From NCBI GenBank assembly GCA_965116725.1, contig OZ220700.1:628923-692922 (forward strand): a stretch of 64,000 nucleotides of DNA. The letters run 5' to 3'. Both the position numbers and the translations under genes were made by a program. Shown here piece by piece: positions 29,188 through 39,509 of the stretch. Below the pieces are notes generated by a model. That model did no database searches and was not told the DNA's origin. It saw only the letters and a list, made by a program, of their open reading frames with translations. The stretch is from Thermodesulfobacteriota bacterium. Its GTDB lineage: Bacteria > Desulfobacterota_D > UBA1144 > Nemesobacterales > Nemesobacteraceae. Every line of letters starts with the position of its first letter. The first letter of the stretch is position 1.

Positions 29188-29739
29188 ATGAGTATGAGAA
29201 TCCTTATCTTAATAACGCTTTTGTTTTTTCTGCATGGTGCGGGAGATGCATCCGCCAAGGTCTTTCTTACCAAAGGCAGGGCGCTTGAGCTCCTTTTCCC
29301 TGAAGCAGAAGAAATAGAAAAAAGACACGTTTTTCTCACTAAACCCCAAGCCGAAAGCGTACGCGAAATGGCCAAGGTAGAAGTAGATTCAAGACTCTAC
29401 ACTTTCTACATAGCGAAATCCGGCGGGGAAGAGACAGGCTACGCGGTTATCGATACCCACACTCTTCGTACCTTGACCGAAACCGTAATGTTCGTAATAA
29501 ATCCCGATGGGACGCTTCGCCACGCCGAAACTCTCGCATTTTTCGAACCCACGGATTACATGCCAAGCGGAAAATGGATAAACTTGTTCCTGGAAAAAAC
29601 CAAGATGGACAGAATGAAGGTAGGAAAGGGAGTTCCCAACATTACTGGAGCCACTATAAGTGCCGTATCTTTTTCGCAAGCCACGAGAAGGGTTCTCGCA
29701 GTCTACAGGGTTATGCTCGGCACTCCGACTGATCAATAA
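29188..29739 (+). CDS. Secreted FMN-binding domain protein (ApbE substrate-type flavinylation motif)
   Basis: Signal peptide. C-terminal FMN_bind-like motif PNITGATISAVS ([ST]GAT[IV][ST]) as in NqrC/RnfG/PplA. An ApbE gene is 0.5 kb away. Confidence 0.65.
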   Translation: MSMRILILITLLFFLHGAGDASAKVFLTKGRALELLFPEAEEIEKRHVFLTKPQAESVREMAKVEVDSRLYTFYIAKSGGEETGYAVIDTHTLRTLTETVMFVINPDGTLRHAETLAFFEPTDYMPSGKWINLFLEKTKMDRMKVGKGVPNITGATISAVSFSQATRRVLAVYRVMLGTPTDQ

Positions 29740-29759
29740 CTTCTATCCAGGAGAGAAAA

Positions 29760-30257
29760 ATGAAATTCTTCATTTCATCGGACATAAGAAAAAACGATCT
29801 GTTAAAACTTGTCGTTCTGCTCACGACTATTTTCTTCCTCTTTTTGTGGTTAACCAACCTTCTGCTTTTCCTTAAGGTGGGGTTCAGCTATGAAAGCGTT
29901 GTTGAGTACTACAGGGGATCCGAAGAGAGTTTCAGGCCTCCGAGAAGCTACCTTGGGCTGCTCGAGGAAGCTCATTTCCACTTTTTCTCAATGGCCGTTT
30001 TACTGGTAACGCTAAATCATCTCTTTCTTTTCACTAACAGAAGCTCCGCCGAAAAGCTCCTCGTCATAATAGCGTCTTACGGCTCAGCCTTCCTCGATAT
30101 AGCCGGGGGCTGGCTAGTAAGGTACATAAGCGCCGAGTTTGCCTATGTTAAAATCGGCTCTTTTGTCGTCCTTCAGATATCTCTTCTTTACCTGATCATT
30201 TTCGTGACGTTTTATCTTTACAGAAAAAAACCGGAGTACCCGAAGCCGCAACAGTGA
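29760..30257 (+). CDS. 4-TM membrane protein with conserved intramembrane His residues (possible DUF4405-like haem b / quinol-interacting subunit)
   Basis: 165 aa. Four hydrophobic helices. A His cluster in TM2 (EEAHFHFFSMAVLLVTLNHLF). Located between the FMN-binding protein and ApbE. Confidence 0.4.
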   Translation: MKFFISSDIRKNDLLKLVVLLTTIFFLFLWLTNLLLFLKVGFSYESVVEYYRGSEESFRPPRSYLGLLEEAHFHFFSMAVLLVTLNHLFLFTNRSSAEKLLVIIASYGSAFLDIAGGWLVRYISAEFAYVKIGSFVVLQISLLYLIIFVTFYLYRKKPEYPKPQQ

Positions 30258-30269
30258 CTCCCCTGTACC

Positions 30270-31247
30270 CTACGGGCACGCATAAGACCCGAAGCAGGAC
30301 TTTTTCTTTCCGCTTTTCCCAACGACGAGAAAACCCTGAGATTTATACTTCCGGGCAAACTCCTGTGCTCCACGTAGGCCCAGAACCGAAACGGCAGTCG
30401 AGAAGACATCGGCTTCCGTAGCGGTTTTGGAAACGGCTACAACCGAAGTCACATCCTCAGCCGGCCAACCCGTCCTGGGATCAATTATATGGGAGTATCT
30501 TTTCCCATCGTGCTCAAAGTAGCGCTCATAATCTCCTGAAGTCGCGACACCCTTGTTCACAAGGTCAAGTTTCGAGATGATTTCGCTTCCGCTCCCGGGT
30601 TTCCTCACTCCCACATCCCAGAACTTTTTGCCCGCGGGGGGGTCCATTGCGTATATGTTTCCCCCGAAATTCACAAGCCCCCTCTTGATCCCGTTTTGCC
30701 TAGCGATATTTACGATCTCGTCAACCGCATAGCCTTTTCCTATAGCTCCGAAGTCGAGTCTAACGCAGTCGCCGTCAAGGAAAACCTGGGATTTAACTTC
30801 GTCTATTTTTATTTTCCGAAAACCCGTACACCCAAGTGCGTCGCGGATCCGTGACCGGCCGGGTAACCGCCCCGCCTTGGTCTCAGCCCCCCAGAGTTCG
30901 AAAAGACTGCCGATAGTTATGTCAAAAGCCCCTTCGGTAAGCTCCGAGTACTTAACCGAGGCCCGCACGAGACGTAGAAACTCTGTGGGAACGGAAACGG
31001 GAGCAACTCCCGCATTTCTGTTCACCTCAGCAAGAACACTGTCATCCCTGTAGTTACTGAAAAGCCGGTCTATTTCCTTGGTTCTCTTCACGCAGGCATC
31101 AACAACCCGGTGAAAAAGTTCCTCGCTCGGGGAATAAAACTTAAGTTCCACCGTTGAACCCATCGAGTAAAAAGATCTCTCGTAAAGATTCTCCGTACCG
31201 TGGGAGCAGGAACAAAGAAGCAAAGCTAAAAGCACAAGAAGGCGCAT
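30270..31247 (-). CDS. apbE: FAD:protein FMN transferase ApbE (lipoprotein)
   Basis: 325 aa. Lipobox LLCSCS. ApbE core motifs (GAIGKGYAVDEIV, VNFGGNIYAMD, ATSGDYERYFEHDGKRYSHIIDPRTG). Confidence 0.85.
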   Translation of the reverse strand: MRLLVLLALLLCSCSHGTENLYERSFYSMGSTVELKFYSPSEELFHRVVDACVKRTKEIDRLFSNYRDDSVLAEVNRNAGVAPVSVPTEFLRLVRASVKYSELTEGAFDITIGSLFELWGAETKAGRLPGRSRIRDALGCTGFRKIKIDEVKSQVFLDGDCVRLDFGAIGKGYAVDEIVNIARQNGIKRGLVNFGGNIYAMDPPAGKKFWDVGVRKPGSGSEIISKLDLVNKGVATSGDYERYFEHDGKRYSHIIDPRTGWPAEDVTSVVAVSKTATEADVFSTAVSVLGLRGAQEFARKYKSQGFLVVGKSGKKKSCFGSYACP

Positions 31248-31274
31248 ATCTTGAGAATCACGTAAAGCGTTTTT

Positions 31275-31357
31275 CTGCGAGAGGAGGGAGTCGAACCCTC
31301 ACACCCTAAGGTACTAGATCCTAAATCTAGCGCGTCTGCCTGTTCCGCCACTCTCGC
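31275..31357 (-). tRNA. tRNA-Leu (anticodon TAG), type II
   Basis: Reverse complement: GCGAGAG acceptor, CTAGA-TTTAGGA-TCTAG anticodon arm, long variable arm, GAGGG-TTCGACT-CCCTC T-arm. Confidence 0.85.
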
Positions 31358-31429
31358 CCTTTACAGTCAAAAATCGCCAAGCACCCGGAATCATGGTTCC
31401 GGACAGCACCGTAAGATGCAAAATGAATT

Positions 31430-31502
31430 GGGCTGCGAGGGATTCGAACCCACGACCGACTGATTAAGAGTCAGCTGCTCTACCAGGCTGAGCTAGCAGC
31501 CC
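31430..31502 (-). tRNA. tRNA-Lys (anticodon CTT)
   Basis: Reverse complement: GGGCTGCTAGCTCAGCCTGGTAGAGCAGCTGACTCTTAATCAGTCGGTCGTGGGTTCGAATCCCTCGCAGCCCA. Anticodon loop CTCTTAA. Confidence 0.88.
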
Positions 31503-31580
31503 GCAAACAGAATAACAGAAAAGAAAATAAATGAAAACTGGGACGTCGGGCTGCCAAAGCAGCTAAAACTCCCTGCCTTT

Positions 31581-32513
31581 TTGAACTCTTCCCTAAGATC
31601 GTTTATTTTTGAAGTTGTGGAAAATGTGATCAATTATTTCAAGGGATATCATAACGCATATCAGGCGCATGTAGAAAACCTGCTACTGTCGATTCTTATA
31701 GTCGCTATCCTGTTCCTCCTGAGAAAGATTCTCATCTCTCTCATAAGCAACAACACAAAAGATCCCAAGACAGTCTATTACTCGAAACGCATTATCGGAT
31801 ACGTATATGTTTTTCTCGCCATAGTGCTGGTCGGGAGCGTTTGGATAAGCGGCCTGGGTCATATAGGGGCCTATCTGGGTATAGCAAGCGCCGGTCTGGC
31901 CATAGCGCTTCATGAAACCTTAGCCAACATTGCGGGCTGGTTCTTCATACTCTGGAGAAAGCCCTTCGTGATAGGTGACCGCATACAGATAGGTGAAACC
32001 AAGGGCGACGTAGTAGACATGAGGTTGTTTCAGTTCAGTCTGATCGAGATCGGGAACTGGGTTGAAGCGGAGCAGAGTACGGGCAGAATCATACACGTTC
32101 CCAACAGCCACGTGCTCAGGGAAAAAACCGCGAATTATCACGGCGGGTTCAACTACATATGGAACGAGATACAGGTTCTCATAACGTTTGAGAGCAACTG
32201 GAGAAAAACCCGCGAGATTCTGGAAAAAATAGTGAGGGAAAAAATCAAATTCTCTCCGGAACGGGCTGAGGAACAACTTCGCGCGGTTGCCAAAAAGTAC
32301 ATGATACATTTACCGAAACTCACCCCTGCTGTTTACATGTCGACAAGGGACAACGGAGTGCTTTTCTCTATCAGGTACACAACAAACCCGAGAAGAAGAA
32401 GAGGTTCGGAGCAGACCATCTGGGAAGCTGTGCTTGCCGAGTTTGAAAAGCATCCCGACATTGATCTCGCCTACCCGACGACGCGTTTTTATACCCCGCC
32501 TGAAAATCCCTAA
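31581..32513 (+). CDS. MscS-family small-conductance mechanosensitive channel
   Basis: TM helices followed by the MscS beta-domain signature (GDRIQIGETKGDVVDMRLFQFSLIEIGN). Confidence 0.75.
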   Translation: MNSSLRSFIFEVVENVINYFKGYHNAYQAHVENLLLSILIVAILFLLRKILISLISNNTKDPKTVYYSKRIIGYVYVFLAIVLVGSVWISGLGHIGAYLGIASAGLAIALHETLANIAGWFFILWRKPFVIGDRIQIGETKGDVVDMRLFQFSLIEIGNWVEAEQSTGRIIHVPNSHVLREKTANYHGGFNYIWNEIQVLITFESNWRKTREILEKIVREKIKFSPERAEEQLRAVAKKYMIHLPKLTPAVYMSTRDNGVLFSIRYTTNPRRRRGSEQTIWEAVLAEFEKHPDIDLAYPTTRFYTPPENP

Positions 32514-32556
32514 AAAGCAGAACTCTCTTCCTGAACTGGGAAAAACGGGCTCCCTA

Positions 32557-35223
32557 CTACCTGTTCTCAGCGGAATCTTCCTCGGGTCTCAGTATGGAGA
32601 TCGCGGCCGCTTCGGGGTTTATGTACTTCCTGGCCACCCTAGTTACATCATCGGCCGTAACCGAAAGGATCTTCTCCGGGAACTTTCTGTATTCGTAAGT
32701 GCCTATTCCGTAAAGTTCGTCAAATCCGACCGTGGACGCCTGGGCGGAGTTTCTCTGAAGCCCTATCTCGAAGCTGCCGACTACGTAGTTCTTCGCCCTC
32801 TCAAGCTCATGTTCCCCGACACCCTCCAAGGCAAGCTGGAGCTGTTCCTTTATTGCTCCGAGTGCCTCTTTTTCCTTCTGCGGAGCAGTTCCTATATAGA
32901 CGCCGAAATAGCCGCCTTCCATCCCGGGAACGTAGAACGAGGTAACGGCATAGGCGAGGCTTTTCTTGTCCCGAAGCTCAATGAAGAGTCTTCCTCCCTG
33001 ACCTGAGAGCACCGAATCCAGCACCTCGAACGCATAACGGTCGCGGCTTTTAAAACCCGGGGCGTGAAAACCCGCGATAATGTGGGTCTGGGCTTTGTCT
33101 CTCTCAAACTCGATGGTTTCCCTCGCGGCAGAAAGCGCAGACTCACGCGGCGGCCGGGTCTTTTCGAAGCCTCCCCGCTTCATGCTACCGAACAGCTTTT
33201 CAAGAACGCCGAGGGTTTTCTCCGCATCAATGTCGCCCGCAACGGAGATAACCATATTCTCAGGCCTTATGACTTTTTTGTAAAACCCCAGGACATCGGC
33301 CGAGGTAAACCCGTCTACGTTTTCCTCGGTTCCCAAAACGTTGAACCTGTAGGGGTGCTTAAGGAAAAGGGTCCTCAGAAAATTCCTGACCGTCTTTCCC
33401 GTGAGGTTATCCTTCTGCTTTTCCAAAGCGGCCAGAACTTCCCTTCTCTCCCTCTCCATTTCCTCATCGGAAAAAGAAGGATCAAGTATCACGTCTGAGA
33501 AAATATCCATTGCCCCTTCAAAGTTCTCACTTAAGGCTGAGAGAGTCACCCCAACGCTGTTTTTCCCAGAAAAGCCGTCAACCGTTCCCCCCAGCCCTTC
33601 TATCTGGGTGGCTATATCTTCTGCGGAGCGGCTCGAGGTCCCGCGGGTGAACATCCCGGACATGAAGTTCGAAATTCCGTTTGTGTTTTCGTCCTCATAC
33701 CTGAGACCGCCCAGGAAAGCCGCGTGAACTGAGAAAAGCGGAACGGCCGGATTACGCTTCAAAAGAACCCGGATTCCGTTTGAAAGCTCGTATTTCTTAA
33801 ATTCCGCCTGGGTTGAAGAAGCCTTTTTCTTTTCTTTTTTCTGGGTTGCTCCAGGAGAAACAAGGGCTTTTCTGAAGCCCTTCTCAACCCCCTTGGTTTT
33901 GTCTTTAGGAAGCAGCACTCCCGCAGTGAGATTTTTCTGCGTCAGGTATTTTCTGGCCACCCGCAATATGTCCTCTGGGGTAACATTCCTCACCCTTTCA
34001 AGGTAGAAGCGTTCGTAGCCGTAATCTCCCGTTTCAAGCTCGAAGTAACCAAGCTTTCTCGCCTGTCCCTGCATGGTCTCCTTGGCGCGGATGAAGTCCC
34101 TTTCTATGTTAGTTTTGGCGCGGGCAAGTTCTTCGGCCCCGACGGGTTCGTTTTTTATAAGCTCTATCTCCGCCACTATCTCCTTTGAGGCTTTTTCCAC
34201 TTTACCGGGATCAAAAACTCCACCCACGAGGAAAAGACCGTTTTCCTTGAGGCTGTAAGCGTAGGCATATATATCGTTTACGGTGGCATTTTGCTCCTTT
34301 AGTTTTCTGTAGAGCCTAGAGCTTTCCCCGGTGCCAAGTATGCCACTTATAACGTCAAGAACGGGAGTGTCAGCGTGGCTCGCCGAGGGGGTATGAAAGG
34401 CAAAGCTGAAGTAGCCCGTGTTTACGTCGCGGCCGATAATGAAGGTTCTCGTGCGTTTCTGCTCGGGCTCCGGGGGAAGTTCACACTCGGGAGTTTTTCT
34501 TTTCTTTATTTTTCCGAAAGTCTGGGCCACCGCGTCCTTTATTCCCTCAGGATCAAAATCCCCGACCACAACGAGAATCATGTTGTCCGGGGAATACCAC
34601 TTTCTGTAGAAATCCAGTATTCCGTCTCTGGTGAAGCTCCCCACGCTCTGCTTGGTTCCTATTATGGGCCTTCCGTAGGGATGAACGCTGTAAGCCGTGG
34701 AGAAAAGCTTCTGGCTGATTACCCTTGAGGGAGAGTCCTCTCCCCTTCTTATCTCTTCCTGGACAACCTCAAGCTCCTTCTCAAGCTCCGCGGGGTCAAA
34801 AGTCGAGTTCTCCATGACGTCTGAGAGCACATCAAGAGCCATAGGCAGAAAGCGTCGTGCGCTTACGATGTAGTAAACCGTCTCGTCAAAGGAAGTAAAC
34901 GCATTTATGTCTCCGCCTCCCGCCTCGACCATCCCGGCTATCTCGCCGACCCGTCTTCTTTCCGTCCCCTTGAAAAGCATGTGTTCGTGCACGTGCGCGA
35001 GGCCGTACTCGCCCTCCACCTCGCACGCGCTTCCGGTCTTCACCCACACGTTAACCGCAACAACAGGAGAAGAGTCGTTTCTCTCAAGAAGCACGGTCAT
35101 GCCGTTAGAAAGACTATATTTCGTTACTCCTTCGACACCCGCAAAGGTCTGCGCATTTAAGCTCATAAAACTTGCTCCCGTAATCAGAATGAACAAAAAA
35201 AGTAATCTAAAAAACCCTTTCAT
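32557..35223 (-). CDS. Secreted tandem M16 (pitrilysin/insulinase) family zinc metallopeptidase
   Basis: 888 aa. Signal peptide. Inverted zinc motif HVHEHMLFKGT in the first half. Second M16/M16_C repeat in the C-terminal half. Confidence 0.85.
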   Translation of the reverse strand: MKGFFRLLFLFILITGASFMSLNAQTFAGVEGVTKYSLSNGMTVLLERNDSSPVVAVNVWVKTGSACEVEGEYGLAHVHEHMLFKGTERRRVGEIAGMVEAGGGDINAFTSFDETVYYIVSARRFLPMALDVLSDVMENSTFDPAELEKELEVVQEEIRRGEDSPSRVISQKLFSTAYSVHPYGRPIIGTKQSVGSFTRDGILDFYRKWYSPDNMILVVVGDFDPEGIKDAVAQTFGKIKKRKTPECELPPEPEQKRTRTFIIGRDVNTGYFSFAFHTPSASHADTPVLDVISGILGTGESSRLYRKLKEQNATVNDIYAYAYSLKENGLFLVGGVFDPGKVEKASKEIVAEIELIKNEPVGAEELARAKTNIERDFIRAKETMQGQARKLGYFELETGDYGYERFYLERVRNVTPEDILRVARKYLTQKNLTAGVLLPKDKTKGVEKGFRKALVSPGATQKKEKKKASSTQAEFKKYELSNGIRVLLKRNPAVPLFSVHAAFLGGLRYEDENTNGISNFMSGMFTRGTSSRSAEDIATQIEGLGGTVDGFSGKNSVGVTLSALSENFEGAMDIFSDVILDPSFSDEEMERERREVLAALEKQKDNLTGKTVRNFLRTLFLKHPYRFNVLGTEENVDGFTSADVLGFYKKVIRPENMVISVAGDIDAEKTLGVLEKLFGSMKRGGFEKTRPPRESALSAARETIEFERDKAQTHIIAGFHAPGFKSRDRYAFEVLDSVLSGQGGRLFIELRDKKSLAYAVTSFYVPGMEGGYFGVYIGTAPQKEKEALGAIKEQLQLALEGVGEHELERAKNYVVGSFEIGLQRNSAQASTVGFDELYGIGTYEYRKFPEKILSVTADDVTRVARKYINPEAAAISILRPEEDSAENR

Positions 35224-35250
35224 CGACTCCAGCCTCCAGAGGGAAAACCC

Positions 35251-36084
35251 CTAGGACTCGTCGCCGGCCAGGGCTTCTGACTCTTTGTCCCGCGATGTAG
35301 CCTTCGCGACCAGCTTCCAAGCACAACGTCCGAGTTCGAGGATAAAATAGCAGTAAGTTATGGCGACCGCGACCACTCCGGGATTGGTAATAAGCGCCGC
35401 AATTATGATGGAGCCCGCGACAAGAGTGCTGAAAGGTCCGAATCTGGCGATTCGCGGGAATTTCCTGTATGGAACCTCGCTAACCATAACAAGTCCCACA
35501 ACAGGAACGAAGAAAAGATAAAAAGATTTCATAAGCGGCGTAGCAATTACCTGAAACTCAGAGAGAAGGAGTATTGGAGAGAGAATAAGTCCCGCGGCCA
35601 TAGGACTCGGAAGCCCCGTGAACATGCGCTTTTCTTTGGTCGTAAACTGCACGTTAAAACGCGCGAGCCTGAGCGCTGCGCAGACCACGTAGAAAAGCAT
35701 AGCCATCAGTCCAGGGTTTCCGTATTCCGAAAGCCCCCATACATAAAGAAGCACTGCCGGGGCGACCCCGAACGATACAAGATCGCAGAGCGAATCATAG
35801 GAGGCGCCGAAGCGGCTCTCCGAGTTAAGAGCTCTTGCTATCCTGCCGTCAAGCATGTCGACAAGTACCGCCAGGCCGATAAATCCAGCTGCCCACCAGA
35901 AGCGATTAAAAAGCCATTCTTCAGAGACTATGGCTGAGGCACGGTCCCCGTGAATGGAAATCGAAGTCACTATGGACGCAAGCCCGAACGCAAGGCCCAC
36001 GGTCGTGAGCATGCTCGGCAGCAGAGGGATAACCCTCCCCGGGCGGGGAGATCTTCTCCTTCTTTTTTTTCTCAAGTTAGCCAC
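35251..36084 (-). CDS. pssA: CDP-diacylglycerol--serine O-phosphatidyltransferase (CDP-alcohol phosphatidyltransferase family)
   Basis: D-G-x2-AR-x8-G-x3-D-x3-D motif (VDMLDGRIARALNSESRFGASYDSLCD). Multiple TM helices. Located immediately upstream of psd. Confidence 0.65.
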   Translation of the reverse strand: MANLRKKRRRRSPRPGRVIPLLPSMLTTVGLAFGLASIVTSISIHGDRASAIVSEEWLFNRFWWAAGFIGLAVLVDMLDGRIARALNSESRFGASYDSLCDLVSFGVAPAVLLYVWGLSEYGNPGLMAMLFYVVCAALRLARFNVQFTTKEKRMFTGLPSPMAAGLILSPILLLSEFQVIATPLMKSFYLFFVPVVGLVMVSEVPYRKFPRIARFGPFSTLVAGSIIIAALITNPGVVAVAITYCYFILELGRCAWKLVAKATSRDKESEALAGDES

Positions 36085-36722
36085 GCTATAACCGTCCTGC
36101 CGGCCACGACTTTCTGCCCCATCTCAACACCCACATTCACATCCTCGGGCAGGTAAACATCCACTCTTGAACCAAACTTTATAATCCCGAATTTTTCCCC
36201 GATTTCCAATACGTCGCCGAATTTCGCACGTGATACGATTCTTCTCGCGAGAAAACCAGCCACCTGGACTATAACCACCCGGACTCCGCCCTCGCACTCA
36301 ATCAGGGTGACAAGCCGCTCGTTGGCCTCGGATGAATCACCCTTAAAAGCCATTTTGAATTCCCCAGGGTAATAAGTGGTTCCGACTACCTTGCCCGAAA
36401 CGGGAAATCTGTTTATATGGCAGTCGAAGATAGAGAGAAAAATGCTTATTCTTCGGGTGTTCCGCTTAAGATAATCGTCTTCAAACGTCTCCGAGATATC
36501 TATTATTTTCCCGTCTGCGGGACAGATCACGGAACCGGGTTCAAGCGGAGGAAGTTCCCTTCCAGGATCCCTGAAGAAAAAGATGGAAAAAGCGGTGAGC
36601 AGAAGAAATACTAAAAATAAAGAGAGAGAACCCAGAAGCGCGAAGAGAATACAAAGGGCGGCTGAGACGTAGATTATACCGAGCCCTTCGCTTGCGACCC
36701 TCACAAATCGGAAATCCATCAA
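36072..36722 (-). CDS. psd: Phosphatidylserine decarboxylase proenzyme (short archaeal/Firmicute-type)
   Basis: 216 aa. The C-terminal GS self-cleavage site is embedded in [11 protein letters not shown]. Paired with pssA. Confidence 0.7.
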   Translation of the reverse strand: MMDFRFVRVASEGLGIIYVSAALCILFALLGSLSLFLVFLLLTAFSIFFFRDPGRELPPLEPGSVICPADGKIIDISETFEDDYLKRNTRRISIFLSIFDCHINRFPVSGKVVGTTYYPGEFKMAFKGDSSEANERLVTLIECEGGVRVVIVQVAGFLARRIVSRAKFGDVLEIGEKFGIIKFGSRVDVYLPEDVNVGVEMGQKVVAGRTVIAWLT

Positions 36723-37735
36723 TTCTTGTCTTTATCGACCAGTTTCTTCTGGAAAAGCGAACTCATCATCCCCCTAAGCTCGGCGCCGACTTTTTCGATC
36801 GGATGCTCTTCACCCTGTCTGAGAAGTGCGTTATAGGAAGGCCTTCCAGCCTGATTCTCAAGTATCCATTCCGAGGCAAACTGTCCGGACTGAATCTCCC
36901 CGATTATCTTTTTCATCTCCTGTTTTACGGAGTCGTTTATAAGCCTCGGGCCCCTGGTTATGTCTCCGTACTTGGCCGTATCGCTCACCGAGTAACGCAT
37001 GTTGGCTATCCCGCCCTCGTATATGAGGTCAACTATAAGCTTGACTTCGTGGCAACACTCGAAATAAGCCATCTCGGGCGGATAACCGGCTTCAACAAGC
37101 GTCTCGTATCCTGCCAGGATAAGGGCCGTGAGCCCTCCGCAGAGAACTGACTGCTCCCCGAAAAGATCGGTTTCCGTCTCGTCCTTGAAAGTCGTCTCTA
37201 TAACTCCCGCCCTTGAACATCCGATGGCTCTGGCGTAAGCAAGAGCAAGATCCTTAGCGTCGCCCGTCGAGTTCTGGTGAACGGCTACGAGTCCCGGCAC
37301 ACCGGCACCCCCGACATACTGGTCCCTTACCGTGTGCCCCGGAGCCTTGGGAGCGACCATGAACACGTCCACGCCCGCGGGCGGTCTGATCTGTCCGTAG
37401 TGAATGTTAAAACCGTGGCTGAACATAAGCGCGTTTCCGGCAACCAGGTTCTTTTCGACATGCTCATGGTATATCGCCGGCTGGTAAGTGTCCGGAGCCA
37501 GCATAACCACTATGTCCGCGGATTTGGAAGCGGCGGAAACCGACTTCACGTTAAAACCAGCCTCCTTGGCCTTTTTCCAGTTGGGACTGTCCTTAATATC
37601 CGCGACCGTGACCGAGACTCCGCTCTCTCTTAGATTCTGGGCATGGGCGTGACCCTGGCTTCCGTAGCCTATGATCGCAATCTTCTTTTTCTTAAGCTTA
37701 GACGGATCAATATCCTCATCGTAATAAACTTTCAC
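36719..37735 (-). CDS. ilvC: Ketol-acid reductoisomerase
   Basis: 338 aa. N-terminal Rossmann [25 protein letters not shown] class I. Confidence 0.95.
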   Translation of the reverse strand: MKVYYDEDIDPSKLKKKKIAIIGYGSQGHAHAQNLRESGVSVTVADIKDSPNWKKAKEAGFNVKSVSAASKSADIVVMLAPDTYQPAIYHEHVEKNLVAGNALMFSHGFNIHYGQIRPPAGVDVFMVAPKAPGHTVRDQYVGGAGVPGLVAVHQNSTGDAKDLALAYARAIGCSRAGVIETTFKDETETDLFGEQSVLCGGLTALILAGYETLVEAGYPPEMAYFECCHEVKLIVDLIYEGGIANMRYSVSDTAKYGDITRGPRLINDSVKQEMKKIIGEIQSGQFASEWILENQAGRPSYNALLRQGEEHPIEKVGAELRGMMSSLFQKKLVDKDKN

Positions 37736-37750
37736 CGGTTATATCCTCCT

Positions 37751-38245
37751 TTACTTGCTCTTCTTGTTCGCCCGGGACATGGCGACAGTTCCAGTTCTCG
37801 CGATTTCCTTTATCCCGAAGGGTCGTTGAAGTTCAACAAACGCCTGAATTTTCTGTTCATCCCCGGTAACCTCGAACGTGTAGGACCTTGGAGACACGTC
37901 GACGACCTTGGCCCGGAATATGTCGGCAATCCGCAGAATTTCCGGCTTGGAATCGGCCTTCGCATCGACCTTGATGAGAATCATCTCTCTTTCCACGCGG
38001 TCAAGTTCGGTCATGTCAACAACCTTGATCACGTTGACCATGTTGTTGAACCTTTTTATTATCTGCTGGATTATGGCTTCGTCGCCGGTTGTGACCAGAG
38101 TTATTCTGGACGTCCCCGGTTCCTGGGTTTCCGCGACATTAAGACTCTCGATGTTGAAATCCCTCGCGCTGAAAAGCCCCGCGATTCTTGAGAGTACCCC
38201 GGCTTCATTGTCTACCGTTATTGATATCGTGTGTCTCGATTTCAT
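37751..38245 (-). CDS. ilvN: Acetolactate synthase small (regulatory) subunit
   Basis: 164 aa. N-terminal ACT domain (ISITVDNEAGVLSRIAGLFSARDFNIESL). Upstream of ilvC. Confidence 0.9.
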   Translation of the reverse strand: MKSRHTISITVDNEAGVLSRIAGLFSARDFNIESLNVAETQEPGTSRITLVTTGDEAIIQQIIKRFNNMVNVIKVVDMTELDRVEREMILIKVDAKADSKPEILRIADIFRAKVVDVSPRSYTFEVTGDEQKIQAFVELQRPFGIKEIARTGTVAMSRANKKSK

Positions 38246-38340
38246 GGAACCTCCAAAGTGGTGAAAAAATTATCAGGAAAACGCAATTATACCGAATACC
38301 CGAGAAATGTTAATACCCACCAGCCAACCGCCAAAGCTCC

Positions 38341-38661
38341 TCAGCCCCCGGCGTCTTCCTTAAGAATTTCCCCCAGCTCCCCGTTCACATGCATGTCGGT
38401 ACATATATCGCATCCGCCTATGAAATTGCCGTTAACGTAGAGTTGCGGAAGGGTTGGCCACTGCGAGTAGTCCTTTATCCCCTGGCGGATCTCCGGATCC
38501 AAAAGAACATCGACGGTTTTGTAATCCACCCCGTAGTAGTTAAGAATGTTCACCACCTGCGCCGAAAAACCACACTGCGGCATCTTTTTTGACCCCTTCA
38601 TGTAAAGGATAATAGAGTTCTCTTCGATCTGACGCCCTATTTTTTTCTGTATATCCGACAT
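38341..38661 (-). CDS. grxD: Monothiol glutaredoxin (Grx4/GrxD family)
   Basis: CGFS active site (PQCGFSAQVV). 106 aa. Paired with bolA. Confidence 0.85.
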   Translation of the reverse strand: MSDIQKKIGRQIEENSIILYMKGSKKMPQCGFSAQVVNILNYYGVDYKTVDVLLDPEIRQGIKDYSQWPTLPQLYVNGNFIGGCDICTDMHVNGELGEILKEDAGG

Positions 38662-38672
38662 TGCCCCCCTCC

Positions 38673-38915
38673 TTACTTTTTAAGTCTCTCCCACTGATCG
38701 TCCGTGTAGGTTTTTATAGAGATGGCATGAATTTCGGATTCCATAGCGTCTCCAAGCGCCGCGTAAACAAGCTTGTGACGTTCAATAGGCGGCTTGCCCC
38801 TGAACTGTTCGGATACGACGACTGCCTGAAAATGCGTTCCGTCCCCCTCAACCTCGACAAACGACGCCTGAATGCCCTGCTCTATCATCTCACGGATCCT
38901 CTGCGTTTCCATCAC
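38673..38915 (-). CDS. bolA: BolA family protein
   Basis: 80 aa BolA fold motif (GDGTHFQAVVVSEQFRGK). Immediately upstream of grxD. Confidence 0.8.
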   Translation of the reverse strand: MMETQRIREMIEQGIQASFVEVEGDGTHFQAVVVSEQFRGKPPIERHKLVYAALGDAMESEIHAISIKTYTDDQWERLKK

Positions 38916-39040
38916 AGCGGGAAATTATATACGCATATCAGTGTGTTTCCAAGAAATGGAACGCGGCACAAACCATCTTGCAAAAATCCCCGGCTGTCTT
39001 ATCCTTAATCTGTTAGGAAAAAGAGGTTCTAATACACAAG

Positions 39041-39484
39041 ATGAAAGTAAAAGAAATAATGAACAGCCCCGTGGTTACCGCCAACGAGAACGACTCGCTT
39101 GAGCAGTGCGCGCGCAAGATGCTCGAACTCAGAATTGCCCAGCTTCCGGTGGTTAACAACGACGGAGCACTCACAGGATTCATAGCCGCAAGCGACTTTA
39201 TCGCCAAGAAAACCACCGTCTCCTTCTCGAGAACCGAAATCCTCGAACTCTTCGGACAGTGGTTTGACCAGGGGCAAATTGAGAAGATATATGAGGATGC
39301 CGGGCGTATCATGGTGAAGGAAGTAATGAGCAGCCCAGCCATATCCATCGGCCCGGACGCATCGGTAAAAGATGTGTTCGAAGAGCTAGCCGGAACCGGC
39401 TTCCACAGCGTTGTCGTGGTCGAGGAGGAAAAACCCGTGGGGCTAGTTTCTGTATCCGATTTTCTGAAACTGATCGTAAGATAA
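39041..39484 (+). CDS. CBS domain pair protein
   Basis: Two CBS motifs (IMNSPVVTANEND...LPVV ; VMSSPAISIGPDA...VVVV). Confidence 0.75.
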   Translation: MKVKEIMNSPVVTANENDSLEQCARKMLELRIAQLPVVNNDGALTGFIAASDFIAKKTTVSFSRTEILELFGQWFDQGQIEKIYEDAGRIMVKEVMSSPAISIGPDASVKDVFEELAGTGFHSVVVVEEEKPVGLVSVSDFLKLIVR

Positions 39485-39509
39485 TCCGTCTTCGGCCCGC
39501 CGTGCCATC

